Assembly: GCF_019693215.1 (NCBI RefSeq)
Contig: NZ_CP081183.1
Span: forward strand, 343,226 to 375,225
Length of the DNA: 32,000 bases
DNA from: Salinarchaeum sp. IM2453
GTDB lineage: Archaea; Halobacteriota; Halobacteria; Halobacteriales; Salinarchaeaceae
Direction of reading: 5' to 3'
Every line of letters starts with the position of its first letter. The stretch's first letter is position 1. A model generated the notes under the pieces. That model saw only the letters and a program-made list of their open reading frames with translations. It was not told where the DNA came from and searched no databases. Made by a program: the position numbers and the translations under genes. Of the stretch, positions 1 to 8,917 are shown in pieces.

Positions 1-270
1 TTCATTTACCTCTTCAACGCGATCGATCACTTCATCGACCTCCTCAGCGACGGTTTCCTCAACTGACTCAGCAACTTCTTGAGTCATCCAATCAGGATCA
101 AAGCGAGCCATCTTCCAGCCAACATGGAGAAGATAAGACAGAAAGACACCAATTCCAAACGCAATCCCTGCCGTTGTTCCAACCTGTAGCATGAGAACAA
201 TGGCAATGAAGATTAACACGCCATATGCAAAGTCAACAGCAATGTCAACGCGATGTGGATTAAGCGCCAT
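1..270 (-). CDS. hypothetical small membrane protein, N-terminal 90 codons only (gene runs off the window start)
   Basis: Missing from the supplied track because it has no in-window stop. On the minus strand an ATG at 270-268 opens a frame that stays open to position 1. My translation is MALNPHRVDIAVDFAYGVLIFIAIVLMLQVGTTAGIAFGIGVFLSYLLHVGWKMARFDPDWMTQEVAESVEETVAEEVDEVIDRVEEVNE. It shows two hydrophobic helices followed by an acidic tail. It starts 6 nt downstream of the pyrI stop on the same strand. Confidence 0.5.
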   Translation of the reverse strand, partial: MALNPHRVDIAVDFAYGVLIFIAIVLMLQVGTTAGIAFGIGVFLSYLLHVGWKMARFDPDWMTQEVAESVEETVAEEVDEVIDRVEEVNE

Positions 271-276
271 TGTTTG

Positions 277-735
277 TCACCGTGAAATATGTTTAATGAG
301 GTCATCCGTAATAATCGTCTCACAATATCTGCATCGAACGCCTTCTCCAAGTACATCAAATGTGGATTCAACTGGTTCGTTATCCGCAGTGATACAGTCA
401 GGATTAGGGCACTCAAGGACACCAGAAACAGTTTCTGGGCGATCAAGGCGATGCTTCTCAATAACCTCGTAATCGCGAATAATGTTGATCGTTGCTTGAG
501 GAGCAATCAATGATAGAACATCAACTTCTGCTTGGCTAAGCTCTCGATCTTCGACCTTGACAACGTCTTTTTCCCCAAGTATATCACTGTCAACGTTCAT
601 ACCGATTGAGACAGTTTCACCACCACTACCATCAATACCAAGAATCGCCAGTACGTGCAGTGCAGCGCCACCGGGTACATGGTCAATGACGGTTCCGTCT
701 TGGATTTTACTTACACGAAGTTTATGATCACTCAT
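277..735 (-). CDS. pyrI: aspartate carbamoyltransferase regulatory subunit
   Basis: 152 aa. The N-terminus [23 protein letters not shown] is typical of PyrI. The C-terminal Zn domain has CPNPDC...CRYC. Its start overlaps the pyrB stop by 4 nt (732-735). Confidence 0.93.
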   Translation of the reverse strand: MSDHKLRVSKIQDGTVIDHVPGGAALHVLAILGIDGSGGETVSIGMNVDSDILGEKDVVKVEDRELSQAEVDVLSLIAPQATINIIRDYEVIEKHRLDRPETVSGVLECPNPDCITADNEPVESTFDVLGEGVRCRYCETIITDDLIKHISR

Positions 736-1646
736 TGGTTGTCACCTAAGAGAAAATCGAGGAGGGCCATACGGACTGGAACACCATTATGTGCCTGTTC
801 AAAGTACTGTGCCTTTGAGGTTACGTCCAAATCTGGGTTAATTTCATCAACGCGGGGTAGTGGATGAAGCACAGATAGCGAGTCTTTACTTTCTGAAAGA
901 GTTCCGGTGTCAATTTGGTATTCGCCAGCAACTTTCCGGTATTCATTTTCGTCAGGGAACCGCTCCCGTTGGATCCGAGTCACATATAATACGTCTAGTT
1001 CTGGGAGGATAGCATCTAAGTCAGTGTGTTCTGTGATAGATGCACCAGCAGCATTAAGATCATATTTGACACCGTCTGGTAACTGCAAGCTTTCCGGGCT
1101 GATAAAGTGTTGGTCAACGTCGAAGTTTGTTAGCGCAGTAGCAAGCGAATGGACGGTTCGGCCGTATTTTAGGTCACCCATGATGCCAATTGTCAGATCA
1201 TCTAAGCCGTTGAGTTCCCGAATTGAATACAGATCGAGCAGTGTCTGTGAAGGATGATGGCCAGCTCCGTCGCCGGCATTGACAATTGGGACGTCAACGT
1301 ATTCACGGGCCATTCGAGCAGATCCCTGTTTTGGATGTCGAAGAACGAGTGCATCCGCATATCCTTCAACAACTCGAACAGTATCAGCGAGGCTTTCACC
1401 CTTGCTTACGCTGGATGATGTTGTTGAGCCCATATCCACAACATCCCCACCCATACGCTTGATTGCGGCCTCGAAACTCATTTTCGTTCGCGTGCTTGGT
1501 TCAAAAAACAGTAATCCAAGCAATGTGCCCCGATGTCGATCCCGGATTGCATCCGGGTTCTTTTCAAACTCGGCAGCACGATCAAGCACCTGCAGAATGT
1601 CCTCACGCGAAAGTTGTTTTGCAGTAATAAGATGATCGTGATCCAT
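732..1646 (-). CDS. pyrB: aspartate carbamoyltransferase catalytic subunit
   Basis: 304 aa. It has the carbamoyl-phosphate-binding motif [13 protein letters not shown], plus HPSQ and HPLPRV motifs. It lies directly upstream of pyrI and is coupled to it. Confidence 0.96.
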   Translation of the reverse strand: MDHDHLITAKQLSREDILQVLDRAAEFEKNPDAIRDRHRGTLLGLLFFEPSTRTKMSFEAAIKRMGGDVVDMGSTTSSSVSKGESLADTVRVVEGYADALVLRHPKQGSARMAREYVDVPIVNAGDGAGHHPSQTLLDLYSIRELNGLDDLTIGIMGDLKYGRTVHSLATALTNFDVDQHFISPESLQLPDGVKYDLNAAGASITEHTDLDAILPELDVLYVTRIQRERFPDENEYRKVAGEYQIDTGTLSESKDSLSVLHPLPRVDEINPDLDVTSKAQYFEQAHNGVPVRMALLDFLLGDNQ

Positions 1647-1882
1647 CGTTGAAAAAAGGGTCCTGTATCCTATTGAAACCTCGCTATTCGAATGAGAATT
1701 TGTCGCTGATCAGGTCTCCCGTAGTATGGTGCAGTAGTCAACGGCCTCGGAGTCAAGCCCTTGGCATCCGCCTCGATTCTTATGTGCAATTACAGCAGCT
1801 GATGGGCAAAATTTCACGTCTTTAGCGGGGGAAGAGATAATTCGTCTAGGTAGAACAACGCTCTCCGAATCAGACGGTAATC

Positions 1883-1890
1883 ATTATACT
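1883..1890 (+). promoter_or_regulatory. TATA-like element upstream of rpa1 (putative, leaderless-type promoter)
   Basis: The AT-rich 'cattatac' is centred about 27-28 nt upstream of the rpa1 ATG at 1914. That spacing is typical for haloarchaeal leaderless transcripts. There is no other support. Confidence 0.3.
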
Positions 1891-1913
1891 TCTGGCCGGG
1901 TGAGTGTTATATT

Positions 1914-3182
1914 ATGCAATTAGATGATCACGCCGAGGAGCTTGCCTCCGACCTCGGTGTCGACAAACAGGAGGTTAAGGCAGACCTTGAGAACTTAATC
2001 GAATATAGCGTACCGGTAGATGAAGCCAAACAAAGCCTACGACGAAAGTATGGGGATACACAGTCGGGAGAGACACCTACAGTTTCATCCATTGATGAGA
2101 TTGATCCAGACGATGGGACAGTAAATCTCACAGCTCGCGTGTTAACAGTTGGGACCCGAGAGATTCACTATGATGGGGAAACACAGGTGATTCGAGAAGG
2201 AACAATTGCGGATGAGTCAGGAAAGATCGGATACACAGCATGGGATGATTTTGGTTTTGAAGCAGGTGATACAGTCACAGTTGGAAATGGGAGCGTTCGA
2301 GAGTTTCGAGATAAGCCAGAGATCAACATAGGAGATTCCTCAACAGTCACGATTAAAGACGAATCGCTTGAGGTACCATATCGAGTTGGAGGAGATCGAT
2401 CACTGACAGAATTGTCTGTTGGAGACAGTGGTCGAGTTATAGAAGTTGTCGTAGAAGAAGTTGAAACACGAACGATTTCAGGACGAGATGGTGAAACAAC
2501 GATTAAAAGCGGCGTCATCGCCGATGAAACAGGTCGGCTACCATTCACAGACTGGGCGGCTCGACCTGAGATGACAACTGGGGCGACACTGCGACTGGAA
2601 GACGTATATGTCAGAGAATTCCGCGGCGTTCCGGAGATCAGCCTTTCAAAGTTTACTACGGTTACTGAACTTAACAAGCCAATCGAACCGCAAAGCGATC
2701 GAACACGGTTGACAATTCAAGAGGCGGTCAAGACTGGAGGTGTATACGATATTGAGATTGTTGGAAACATCGTAGACATTCAGGACGGATCTGGATTGAT
2801 AGAGCGCTGTCCGGAGTGTAATCGAATTGTACAGAACGGTCGATGTCGCACGCACGGAGATGTTGATGGGGTTGATGATCTCAGAGTGAAGGCAGTTATC
2901 GATGACGGGACCGGAGCAGCAACGGTCGTGCTTGACAAAGAACAAACAGCAGAGATATACGGTGGCGGTATCGACGCAGCACGACAGGCAGCACGGGATG
3001 CAATGGATCAGTCGGTTGTTCGAGAAAAGATTGGTGAGGAGATCATCGGTCGAGAATATCGCGTGAGCGGACACCTTTCTGTAGATGAATACGGGGCTCG
3101 GATCGAAGCAACAGAGTTTGTAGAAGCCGATGGCAACGTAGCACAGCAAGCAGAAGAACTACTTACGGGGGTTGAATCATGA
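1914..3182 (+). CDS. rpa1: replication protein A (ssDNA-binding protein) with three OB folds and a zinc finger
   Basis: 422 aa. Three repeated OB-like segments are visible: TVNLTARVLTVG...IADESGKIGYTAWDDF, GRVIEVVVEEV...IADETGRLPFTDWA and VYDIEIVGNIVDI. The last one contains CPECNRIVQNGRCRTHG. The first gene of the operon overlaps the next by ATGA. Confidence 0.85.
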   Translation: MQLDDHAEELASDLGVDKQEVKADLENLIEYSVPVDEAKQSLRRKYGDTQSGETPTVSSIDEIDPDDGTVNLTARVLTVGTREIHYDGETQVIREGTIADESGKIGYTAWDDFGFEAGDTVTVGNGSVREFRDKPEINIGDSSTVTIKDESLEVPYRVGGDRSLTELSVGDSGRVIEVVVEEVETRTISGRDGETTIKSGVIADETGRLPFTDWAARPEMTTGATLRLEDVYVREFRGVPEISLSKFTTVTELNKPIEPQSDRTRLTIQEAVKTGGVYDIEIVGNIVDIQDGSGLIERCPECNRIVQNGRCRTHGDVDGVDDLRVKAVIDDGTGAATVVLDKEQTAEIYGGGIDAARQAARDAMDQSVVREKIGEEIIGREYRVSGHLSVDEYGARIEATEFVEADGNVAQQAEELLTGVES

Positions 3183-4666
3183 GTGCACCAGACAACCGGC
3201 GAGAAGTCGCCGTACGAATATTTGCATCAGAATATGATCAGGCGGAATTCGAGTATGCAGAAAGTGACGAAGAACGAGCACCAAAATATGTCGTGTCACC
3301 AACTGGCGCACGGATCAATCGACTGTTTACGGTCGGAGTTCTCACAGCAGTTGAACAAGTAAACGAAAATACAATCCGGGCTAGAATTGCAGATCCAACT
3401 GGTGTATTTGTCGTGTATGCTGGACAATATGAGCCGGATGCGTTGGCATTTTTGCAGAAAACTGAGCCACCGGCATTTGTTGCAATTACTGGAAAAGCAA
3501 ACACATTCCAGCCAGACGACAGTGATGACATACTCACGTCAGTACGACCAGAGCGGATTAACGAAGTTGATGCTAAAACCCGGGACCGGTGGGTTATCCA
3601 GACTGCAGAACAAACACTGACCAGAATTGAACAGATGGCAACTGCGCTGGCTCTCGAAAAGCAGGGCGATGAGCTCAAAATGGCATTACAGGAACGATCA
3701 GTTCCAATCGAGCAAGCAGAAGGTATCGTTAAAGCGATTAACTACTATAATCCAACGCCAGACTACCTTGGAGCAGTAAAAGAGCAAGCAATTCAAACAC
3801 TTGAGGTCGTTGCAGGCGAGCGAGACGAGGTCGAAGCAATAGAACAGGTGCCATCAGAGGAATCTGGAAAATATATTCTCGATGAATTGCAGGATATCAC
3901 ACCAGAACGGGTCGATCAGACGATAGAGGCTGAATCGATAACAGAGTCAGAGATAGCGTCTGGTGAGGTAAAACAAACATCAACACCTGATGAAGAAGAG
4001 ACAAACAAGATAAGTTCATCAGCAGCAAGTGAGATAGAAACTCAGGAAGACGGATTAGAATCTGAACCACCATCATTCGAAGAAGGGTTGGCAGAAGAAA
4101 CCCAAGATGAGGGGATTGCGGTAGATGAGCAGTCGCTTGATTTAGATAGTTCAACAGAAGAAACGGAGTTCGATACAGTGGATTCAGTTGATGCCGAATC
4201 GGATCCAGATGAGCTCTATACAGTTGACGAAGAAGAGCGAGAGCGGATTGAAAGTGAGCATGGACTGGAGTTTGAAACTGGAAACGATGTTCCAGAACCG
4301 GAAGAAACGGAGTCCAAGGTCGATCCGGATCTTGACATGAACGAGGAGCCGATAGAGTCTGATACCACCCAATCTGAAGAGGTCACTACAGACTCGATCT
4401 CTGAGGAAACAATAGCAGCCGGACAAGAAGAATCCGCAGTAGAACCTGACGACGATGAATCAGAAGAGGAGATAGATATCGATACCGTGCTTCTGGATCA
4501 GATGGAGTCGATGGACGGCGGAGCGGGCGCTAGTCGGTCAGAGTTGATTGATATCGTCACGACAGAAACGGGTGCCTCAGCGGAGGATGTCGAAGATGCA
4601 ATTGATGAGGCACTAATGGGCGGACAGTGCTATGAACCGGAAGATGGGAAGCTTAAACGAATCTGA
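3179..4666 (+). CDS. rpap1: RPA-associated protein (COG3390-type OB-fold protein) with a long polyacidic spacer and a C-terminal winged-helix-like module
   Basis: 495 aa. The position between an RPA gene and a phosphoesterase gene matches the rpa1-rpap1-rpe operon described in Haloferax. The N-terminal roughly 120 aa is OB-like (YVVSPTGARINRLFTVGVLTAVE...FVAITGKANTF). Residues about 218-434 are almost entirely D/E/S/T. The start overlaps the rpa1 stop. Confidence 0.7.
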   Translation: MSAPDNRREVAVRIFASEYDQAEFEYAESDEERAPKYVVSPTGARINRLFTVGVLTAVEQVNENTIRARIADPTGVFVVYAGQYEPDALAFLQKTEPPAFVAITGKANTFQPDDSDDILTSVRPERINEVDAKTRDRWVIQTAEQTLTRIEQMATALALEKQGDELKMALQERSVPIEQAEGIVKAINYYNPTPDYLGAVKEQAIQTLEVVAGERDEVEAIEQVPSEESGKYILDELQDITPERVDQTIEAESITESEIASGEVKQTSTPDEEETNKISSSAASEIETQEDGLESEPPSFEEGLAEETQDEGIAVDEQSLDLDSSTEETEFDTVDSVDAESDPDELYTVDEEERERIESEHGLEFETGNDVPEPEETESKVDPDLDMNEEPIESDTTQSEEVTTDSISEETIAAGQEESAVEPDDDESEEEIDIDTVLLDQMESMDGGAGASRSELIDIVTTETGASAEDVEDAIDEALMGGQCYEPEDGKLKRI

Positions 4667-5412
4667 TGCAAGTTGAGCCAGTAGCTGGCGAACCAGCCGC
4701 AATAGCCGATGTCGATGGAAGCCAAAAGCTGATCATTGCAGACTATCATGCTGGTGTAGAAGTTGCACTCCGAAACGAAACGGGCGTTGAAGTGGATAGT
4801 CATGCAGCAGATAGGCGGGACCGACTACTGTCATTAGTTGAGCAGACAAACCCAGACCAGTTGATCGTGCTGGGAGACCTAATGCATTCAATCGGTGATC
4901 CAGGAGGCGCAGAGCGTGGGGAGCTTGAGGTGTTGTTTGAGTCACTTCCAGAATCCTTGGATGTATTCTTAGCAAAAGGAAACCATGACGGGGCAATTGA
5001 GTCATGGATTCCAGATATCGAGATTACGCCAACCGCTGGAGAAAAAATTGGTAATCTTGGCATTATGCATGGTCACACGTGGCCAAGTCAGTCTGTCCTG
5101 TCAAGTGAGATCATTTGCATGGGACATGAGCATCCGGTGGTTAGACTCGAAGATACGGTTGGAGGATCAGAAATAAGGCGAGCGTGGATTCGAGGGACAC
5201 TAATAGAGGACCCGTTTGCCCGACGGGGCAAAATAAACAACTGGAGGGGTCCAGAATTGATTATCTGTCCAGCATTTAACGAACTTGTAGGCGGTACATG
5301 GATCAACGAGGGACAGGACGATTTCCTAGCACCGTTCCTACCAGACGGATTACCAGCTGGTGACGCATTTTTACTTGATGGAACGTACCTCGGTGATTAT
5401 CGGTCAATCTGA
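4666..5412 (+). CDS. rpe: RPA-associated binuclear metallophosphoesterase (calcineurin-like)
   Basis: 248 aa. The full metallophosphoesterase motif series is present: IIADYHAG, LGDLMHS, KGNHDG, MHGHTW, MGHEHP. Its start codon shares 1 nt with the rpap1 stop (TGATG at 4664-4668). Confidence 0.78.
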   Translation: MQVEPVAGEPAAIADVDGSQKLIIADYHAGVEVALRNETGVEVDSHAADRRDRLLSLVEQTNPDQLIVLGDLMHSIGDPGGAERGELEVLFESLPESLDVFLAKGNHDGAIESWIPDIEITPTAGEKIGNLGIMHGHTWPSQSVLSSEIICMGHEHPVVRLEDTVGGSEIRRAWIRGTLIEDPFARRGKINNWRGPELIICPAFNELVGGTWINEGQDDFLAPFLPDGLPAGDAFLLDGTYLGDYRSI

Positions 5413-5452
5413 AGCTGCTACCGGATCACAACAAATCAACGACAAGACGGCG

Positions 5453-5457
5453 TTTTT
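5453..5457 (+). terminator. oligo-T tract downstream of rpe (putative archaeal terminator)
   Basis: A T5 run (gacggcgtttttatg) lies 41 nt after the rpe stop. Archaeal termination commonly uses oligo-T tracts. Confidence 0.35.
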
Positions 5458-5669
5458 ATGCTGATTGAGCCCATATACTTGTTTGATTCAAGACGGCCTG
5501 GCCGTCATACTTTCAGAGATAACGGGAAGCCTGAGCATTCACTTCGGTCGATATATCGCTGTACTACAATCAACACGGAACCCTCCAAGTATCCGAACAG
5601 ACAGTATCACCAAGTAAGGGACTATCATGTGCTAAGGCGATTCCCTGGGACGAATATGAAGTGTGAAAA

Positions 5670-8504
5670 ATGACAGACCAGCTTGCAACAATGCATTCGG
5701 CCTTTGAAGTATTGGACGAAGATGTCCAAGCAGCGCTTGCTGAACAGGGATTTGAATCCCCAACAGAACCACAGGACCTTGCAATCCCGCCTATTGCTAA
5801 AGGAGATCACACGCTTGTGATTGCTCCGACAGGGACCGGAAAGACAGAGACAGCAATGCTGCCCATTTTTAATTCAATTGTCCAAAATGGGACAAGTTTT
5901 GGCATTTCTGCGCTGTATATCACTCCACTTCGTGCACTTAACCGAGATATGCAAGATCGGCTTGATTGGTGGGGTGAGCAGCTTGACATCGAGATCGACG
6001 TGCGCCATGGCGATACCTCAGACTATCAGCGCCGACAACAAGCAACAGACCCGCCAGATGTTCTCGTGACAACACCTGAAACACTACAGGCGATGTTTAC
6101 AGGAGAGCGGCTGAAAGAAGCACTCGCAGATATTGAACACATTGTGATTGACGAGGTGCACGAACTTGCCGCCTCAAAGCGAGGTGCACAACTTGTCGTT
6201 GGGCTAGAGCGGCTACGAGAGCATGCTGGCCCGTTTCAGCGGGTTGGGCTCTCGGCAACAGTTGGAGATCCGGAGGCTGTTGGAACGTTTCTGACCGGAG
6301 GACGAGATGTAACAATCAAACGGGTTGATGTTGGCAGTCGTTTAGAGGTCGATGTTGTTGTGCCTGAGGTGACAACAGAAGACGAGTCACTTGCTGGTGA
6401 GTTGATGATTGATGCAGAATTGGCGAGCCATGTCCGAACAATCCGGGATATTGTTGCAGAAAACGAATCGTCACTCATTTTTGTCAATACCAGACAGACA
6501 GCAGAAGCACTAGGATCGCGATTTACACAGCTCACAACAGTTGATATCGGCATCCATCACGGATCACTTTCTCGTGATGCTCGGGTTGAGGTTGAAGATA
6601 AATTCAAGCAGGGTGAATTGGATGCATTGTTGTGCACGTCTTCAATGGAACTGGGTATCGACGTAGGGCATGTTGATCACGTTGTACAGTATTCCAGCCC
6701 CCGACAGGTTGCTCGATTACTGCAGCGTATTGGGCGTGCAGGCCACCGGTTTGAAGAGATTTCATCTGGAACGATTGTCGCGACGAATAACGATGATGCG
6801 TTCGAAGCGTTGTCAATTGCAAGACGAGCAAAAGAAGGACTCGTTGAGCCAGCAGAGATTCACGTAGGGAGTCTTGATGTCGTAGCGAACCAAGTTGCAG
6901 CAATCGTAAACAGTCGTGATGAGATAGACGCGAATAAAGTGTACGAGATCATTAATAATGCAGCACCATTTCAGGATCTTACTGAAGAGACATTCCGAGA
7001 AGTTGTCGAGGAATTAGCAGGAAATCGGATTTTGCAAATACGAGAGACACAGAATCAGCTTGTTGCGACTGGCACCTGGCAATATGTGTATAACAACCTC
7101 TCGATGATCCCAGACGAAGAAACATATGATGTTAAAGACGTCGCCAGTGGTAATCAGGTTGGAACGCTCGATGAACGGTTTGTCACAACGATTCTCGAAC
7201 CTGGAGAGAGTTTTATTCAAGGAGGAGATGTCTGGCGGGTAGTGACCATTGATGACGGCGATTCAGCAGTGAAAGTGTCACCAATTGAAGATCCAGTTGG
7301 AGAGGTGCCATCATGGATTGGACAAGAAATTCCAGTTCCATACCCAATTGCGACTGAAGTTGGCGAACTTCGACGCGTCACGACAGCGCAGTTCGAGCAT
7401 GGAGCGACAAAATCAGATGTTGCGCGTGATGTGGTCCAACGCTATCCTGCAAAACAAGAAATTGTTGAACGATCATTAGGCCAGATTGAGCGGCACTCCG
7501 AAGTGGCACCCCCACCAACCGACAGTCGGATTCTAATTGAACAGCATGGGCGTACAGTGGTACTAAATGCATCGTTTGGCCATCAAACAAATGAAACACT
7601 AGGACGAATCCTTTCGTCGTTGCTTGGACAGCAAACAGGCTCTTCAGTTGGATTACAGACGGGACCCTACCGGATTGAGCTGGAAGTGCCACCAAATACC
7701 GGCGCAAAGACAGTTAAAAATCTCCTTTATGATACAGATCCAGAACATGTTCAGCCACTAATCGAATTAACACTGGATCGATCAGATACGCTTATGTTTC
7801 GTCTTGCTCAGGTCGCAGAACACTTTGGAACAATCAAGTCATGGAGAGGCGACACAGGGATGGGACAGGACCGCCTGCAAAAGATCCTGAAAGATACGCC
7901 AGCATATGAAGAGGCCAAGCGAGCGGTAATACACGACGATTTAGATCTTGAGCAAACAGCAGCGATACTACGACGGATTCAGCACAATGACATTGACATT
8001 GAATTAGTTGGTGAACGAACCCCGATTGGAACAGGTGGACGCAACAACGGAGGCGAATTTCTGGCCCCAGAGAATGCAGACGCAAGCGTGATCACGACAG
8101 TGCGAGATCGAATCCTTAGCGATGATATTACGTTGCTATGTGTTCACTGTAAAGACTGGGAACGGACAAAGCCAGTAAAGCGAGTCCGAGATCAACCGAC
8201 ATGTTCAGAATGTGGGTCGACAATGATTGCAGCATTAAACGCTTGGGACGAAGAAACAATCGGCGCTGTCCGCGCAAAAGACAAGGACGACGACCAAGAC
8301 CACCGCACGCGTCGAGCGTATCAAGCAGCCAGTCTTGTGCAGGCACATGGAAAAAAGGCAGTGACCGCACTCGCCGCACGAGGGGTTGGACCAGATACGG
8401 CTGCTCGAATTATCAATAAACACCGAGAAGAAGAGATAGACTTTTACAGAGATATTCTGGAAGCAGAAAGACAGTACGCGCGAACACAATCGTTCTGGGA
8501 CTAG
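5670..8504 (+). CDS. lhr: Lhr-type ATP-dependent superfamily-2 helicase (DEAH box) with a C-terminal Cys4 element
   Basis: 944 aa. It has Walker A APTGTGKTE, motif II DEVHE, motif III SAT and motif VI QRIGRAGH. A long C-terminal extension beyond the helicase core is typical of Lhr-like proteins. A Cys cluster CVHCKDW...CSECGS lies near the C-terminus. Confidence 0.85.
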   Translation: MTDQLATMHSAFEVLDEDVQAALAEQGFESPTEPQDLAIPPIAKGDHTLVIAPTGTGKTETAMLPIFNSIVQNGTSFGISALYITPLRALNRDMQDRLDWWGEQLDIEIDVRHGDTSDYQRRQQATDPPDVLVTTPETLQAMFTGERLKEALADIEHIVIDEVHELAASKRGAQLVVGLERLREHAGPFQRVGLSATVGDPEAVGTFLTGGRDVTIKRVDVGSRLEVDVVVPEVTTEDESLAGELMIDAELASHVRTIRDIVAENESSLIFVNTRQTAEALGSRFTQLTTVDIGIHHGSLSRDARVEVEDKFKQGELDALLCTSSMELGIDVGHVDHVVQYSSPRQVARLLQRIGRAGHRFEEISSGTIVATNNDDAFEALSIARRAKEGLVEPAEIHVGSLDVVANQVAAIVNSRDEIDANKVYEIINNAAPFQDLTEETFREVVEELAGNRILQIRETQNQLVATGTWQYVYNNLSMIPDEETYDVKDVASGNQVGTLDERFVTTILEPGESFIQGGDVWRVVTIDDGDSAVKVSPIEDPVGEVPSWIGQEIPVPYPIATEVGELRRVTTAQFEHGATKSDVARDVVQRYPAKQEIVERSLGQIERHSEVAPPPTDSRILIEQHGRTVVLNASFGHQTNETLGRILSSLLGQQTGSSVGLQTGPYRIELEVPPNTGAKTVKNLLYDTDPEHVQPLIELTLDRSDTLMFRLAQVAEHFGTIKSWRGDTGMGQDRLQKILKDTPAYEEAKRAVIHDDLDLEQTAAILRRIQHNDIDIELVGERTPIGTGGRNNGGEFLAPENADASVITTVRDRILSDDITLLCVHCKDWERTKPVKRVRDQPTCSECGSTMIAALNAWDEETIGAVRAKDKDDDQDHRTRRAYQAASLVQAHGKKAVTALAARGVGPDTAARIINKHREEEIDFYRDILEAERQYARTQSFWD

Positions 8505-8792
8505 CTAGTGTTGATATTCGGGAGGATCAACAGAAAGCGTGTAAAGACGTTTACGCGCATCTGAAAACGAAAACTGTGATTGAACAATATCTCGGTCCTC
8601 AAGTCGCCCAAGAGCGTATCGGACAGTTCGGGCAGGGAGAAGCGTTCGTTCTGCGATCTGACTCTGAGTAAGCGTACCACCATACTGAAGAGATTTGGCA
8701 ACCAGCTTTGCACTTGGTGGAAGGTCACTGATATCTTCCCATTCTGCGGATTGATCCTGCGTGTCAACTTGTGACAATTCTTGCGTGCTCAT
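8505..8792 (-). CDS. small winged helix-turn-helix transcription regulator (MarR/ArsR-like fold)
   Basis: 95 aa with an acidic N-terminus. The segment LTQSQIAERTLLPARTVRYALGRLEDRDIV looks like an HTH recognition helix plus wing. It is divergent from pan. Confidence 0.6.
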   Translation of the reverse strand: MSTQELSQVDTQDQSAEWEDISDLPPSAKLVAKSLQYGGTLTQSQIAERTLLPARTVRYALGRLEDRDIVQSQFSFSDARKRLYTLSVDPPEYQH

Positions 8793-8917
8793 GACGTATA
8801 ACTGTATTTTGGATACACACTAATAATATTTTCTGTATACTGATTACTGTTAGTAATCAAGGGCGAAGATATATTTCACCCGAAGTCTCTTAAGATTCAT
8901 TCCCCTATTATAGTGTA

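Noticed and set aside
1687-1693. T-loop-like 'ttcgaat' in the pyrB/rpa1 divergent spacer, as a possible tRNA
   Set aside because: The flanking 5-nt segments (cgcta / gagaa) are not complementary, so there is no T-arm. No acceptor or anticodon stems could be drawn around it.
2168-3149. Two long minus-strand ORFs (2168..2677, 169 aa; 2646..3149, 167 aa) antisense to rpa1
   Set aside because: Their composition is Ser/Thr/Pro/Cys-rich and basic, unlike the acidic proteins of this organism. They are fully embedded opposite a gene with clear OB-fold and Zn-finger motifs. These are typical antisense shadow ORFs.
5458-5673. Plus-strand 71-aa ORF in the rpe-lhr spacer
   Set aside because: It is very basic (R/K/H-rich) with no hydrophobic core or motif, and it runs into the lhr start. 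It is most likely non-coding spacer.
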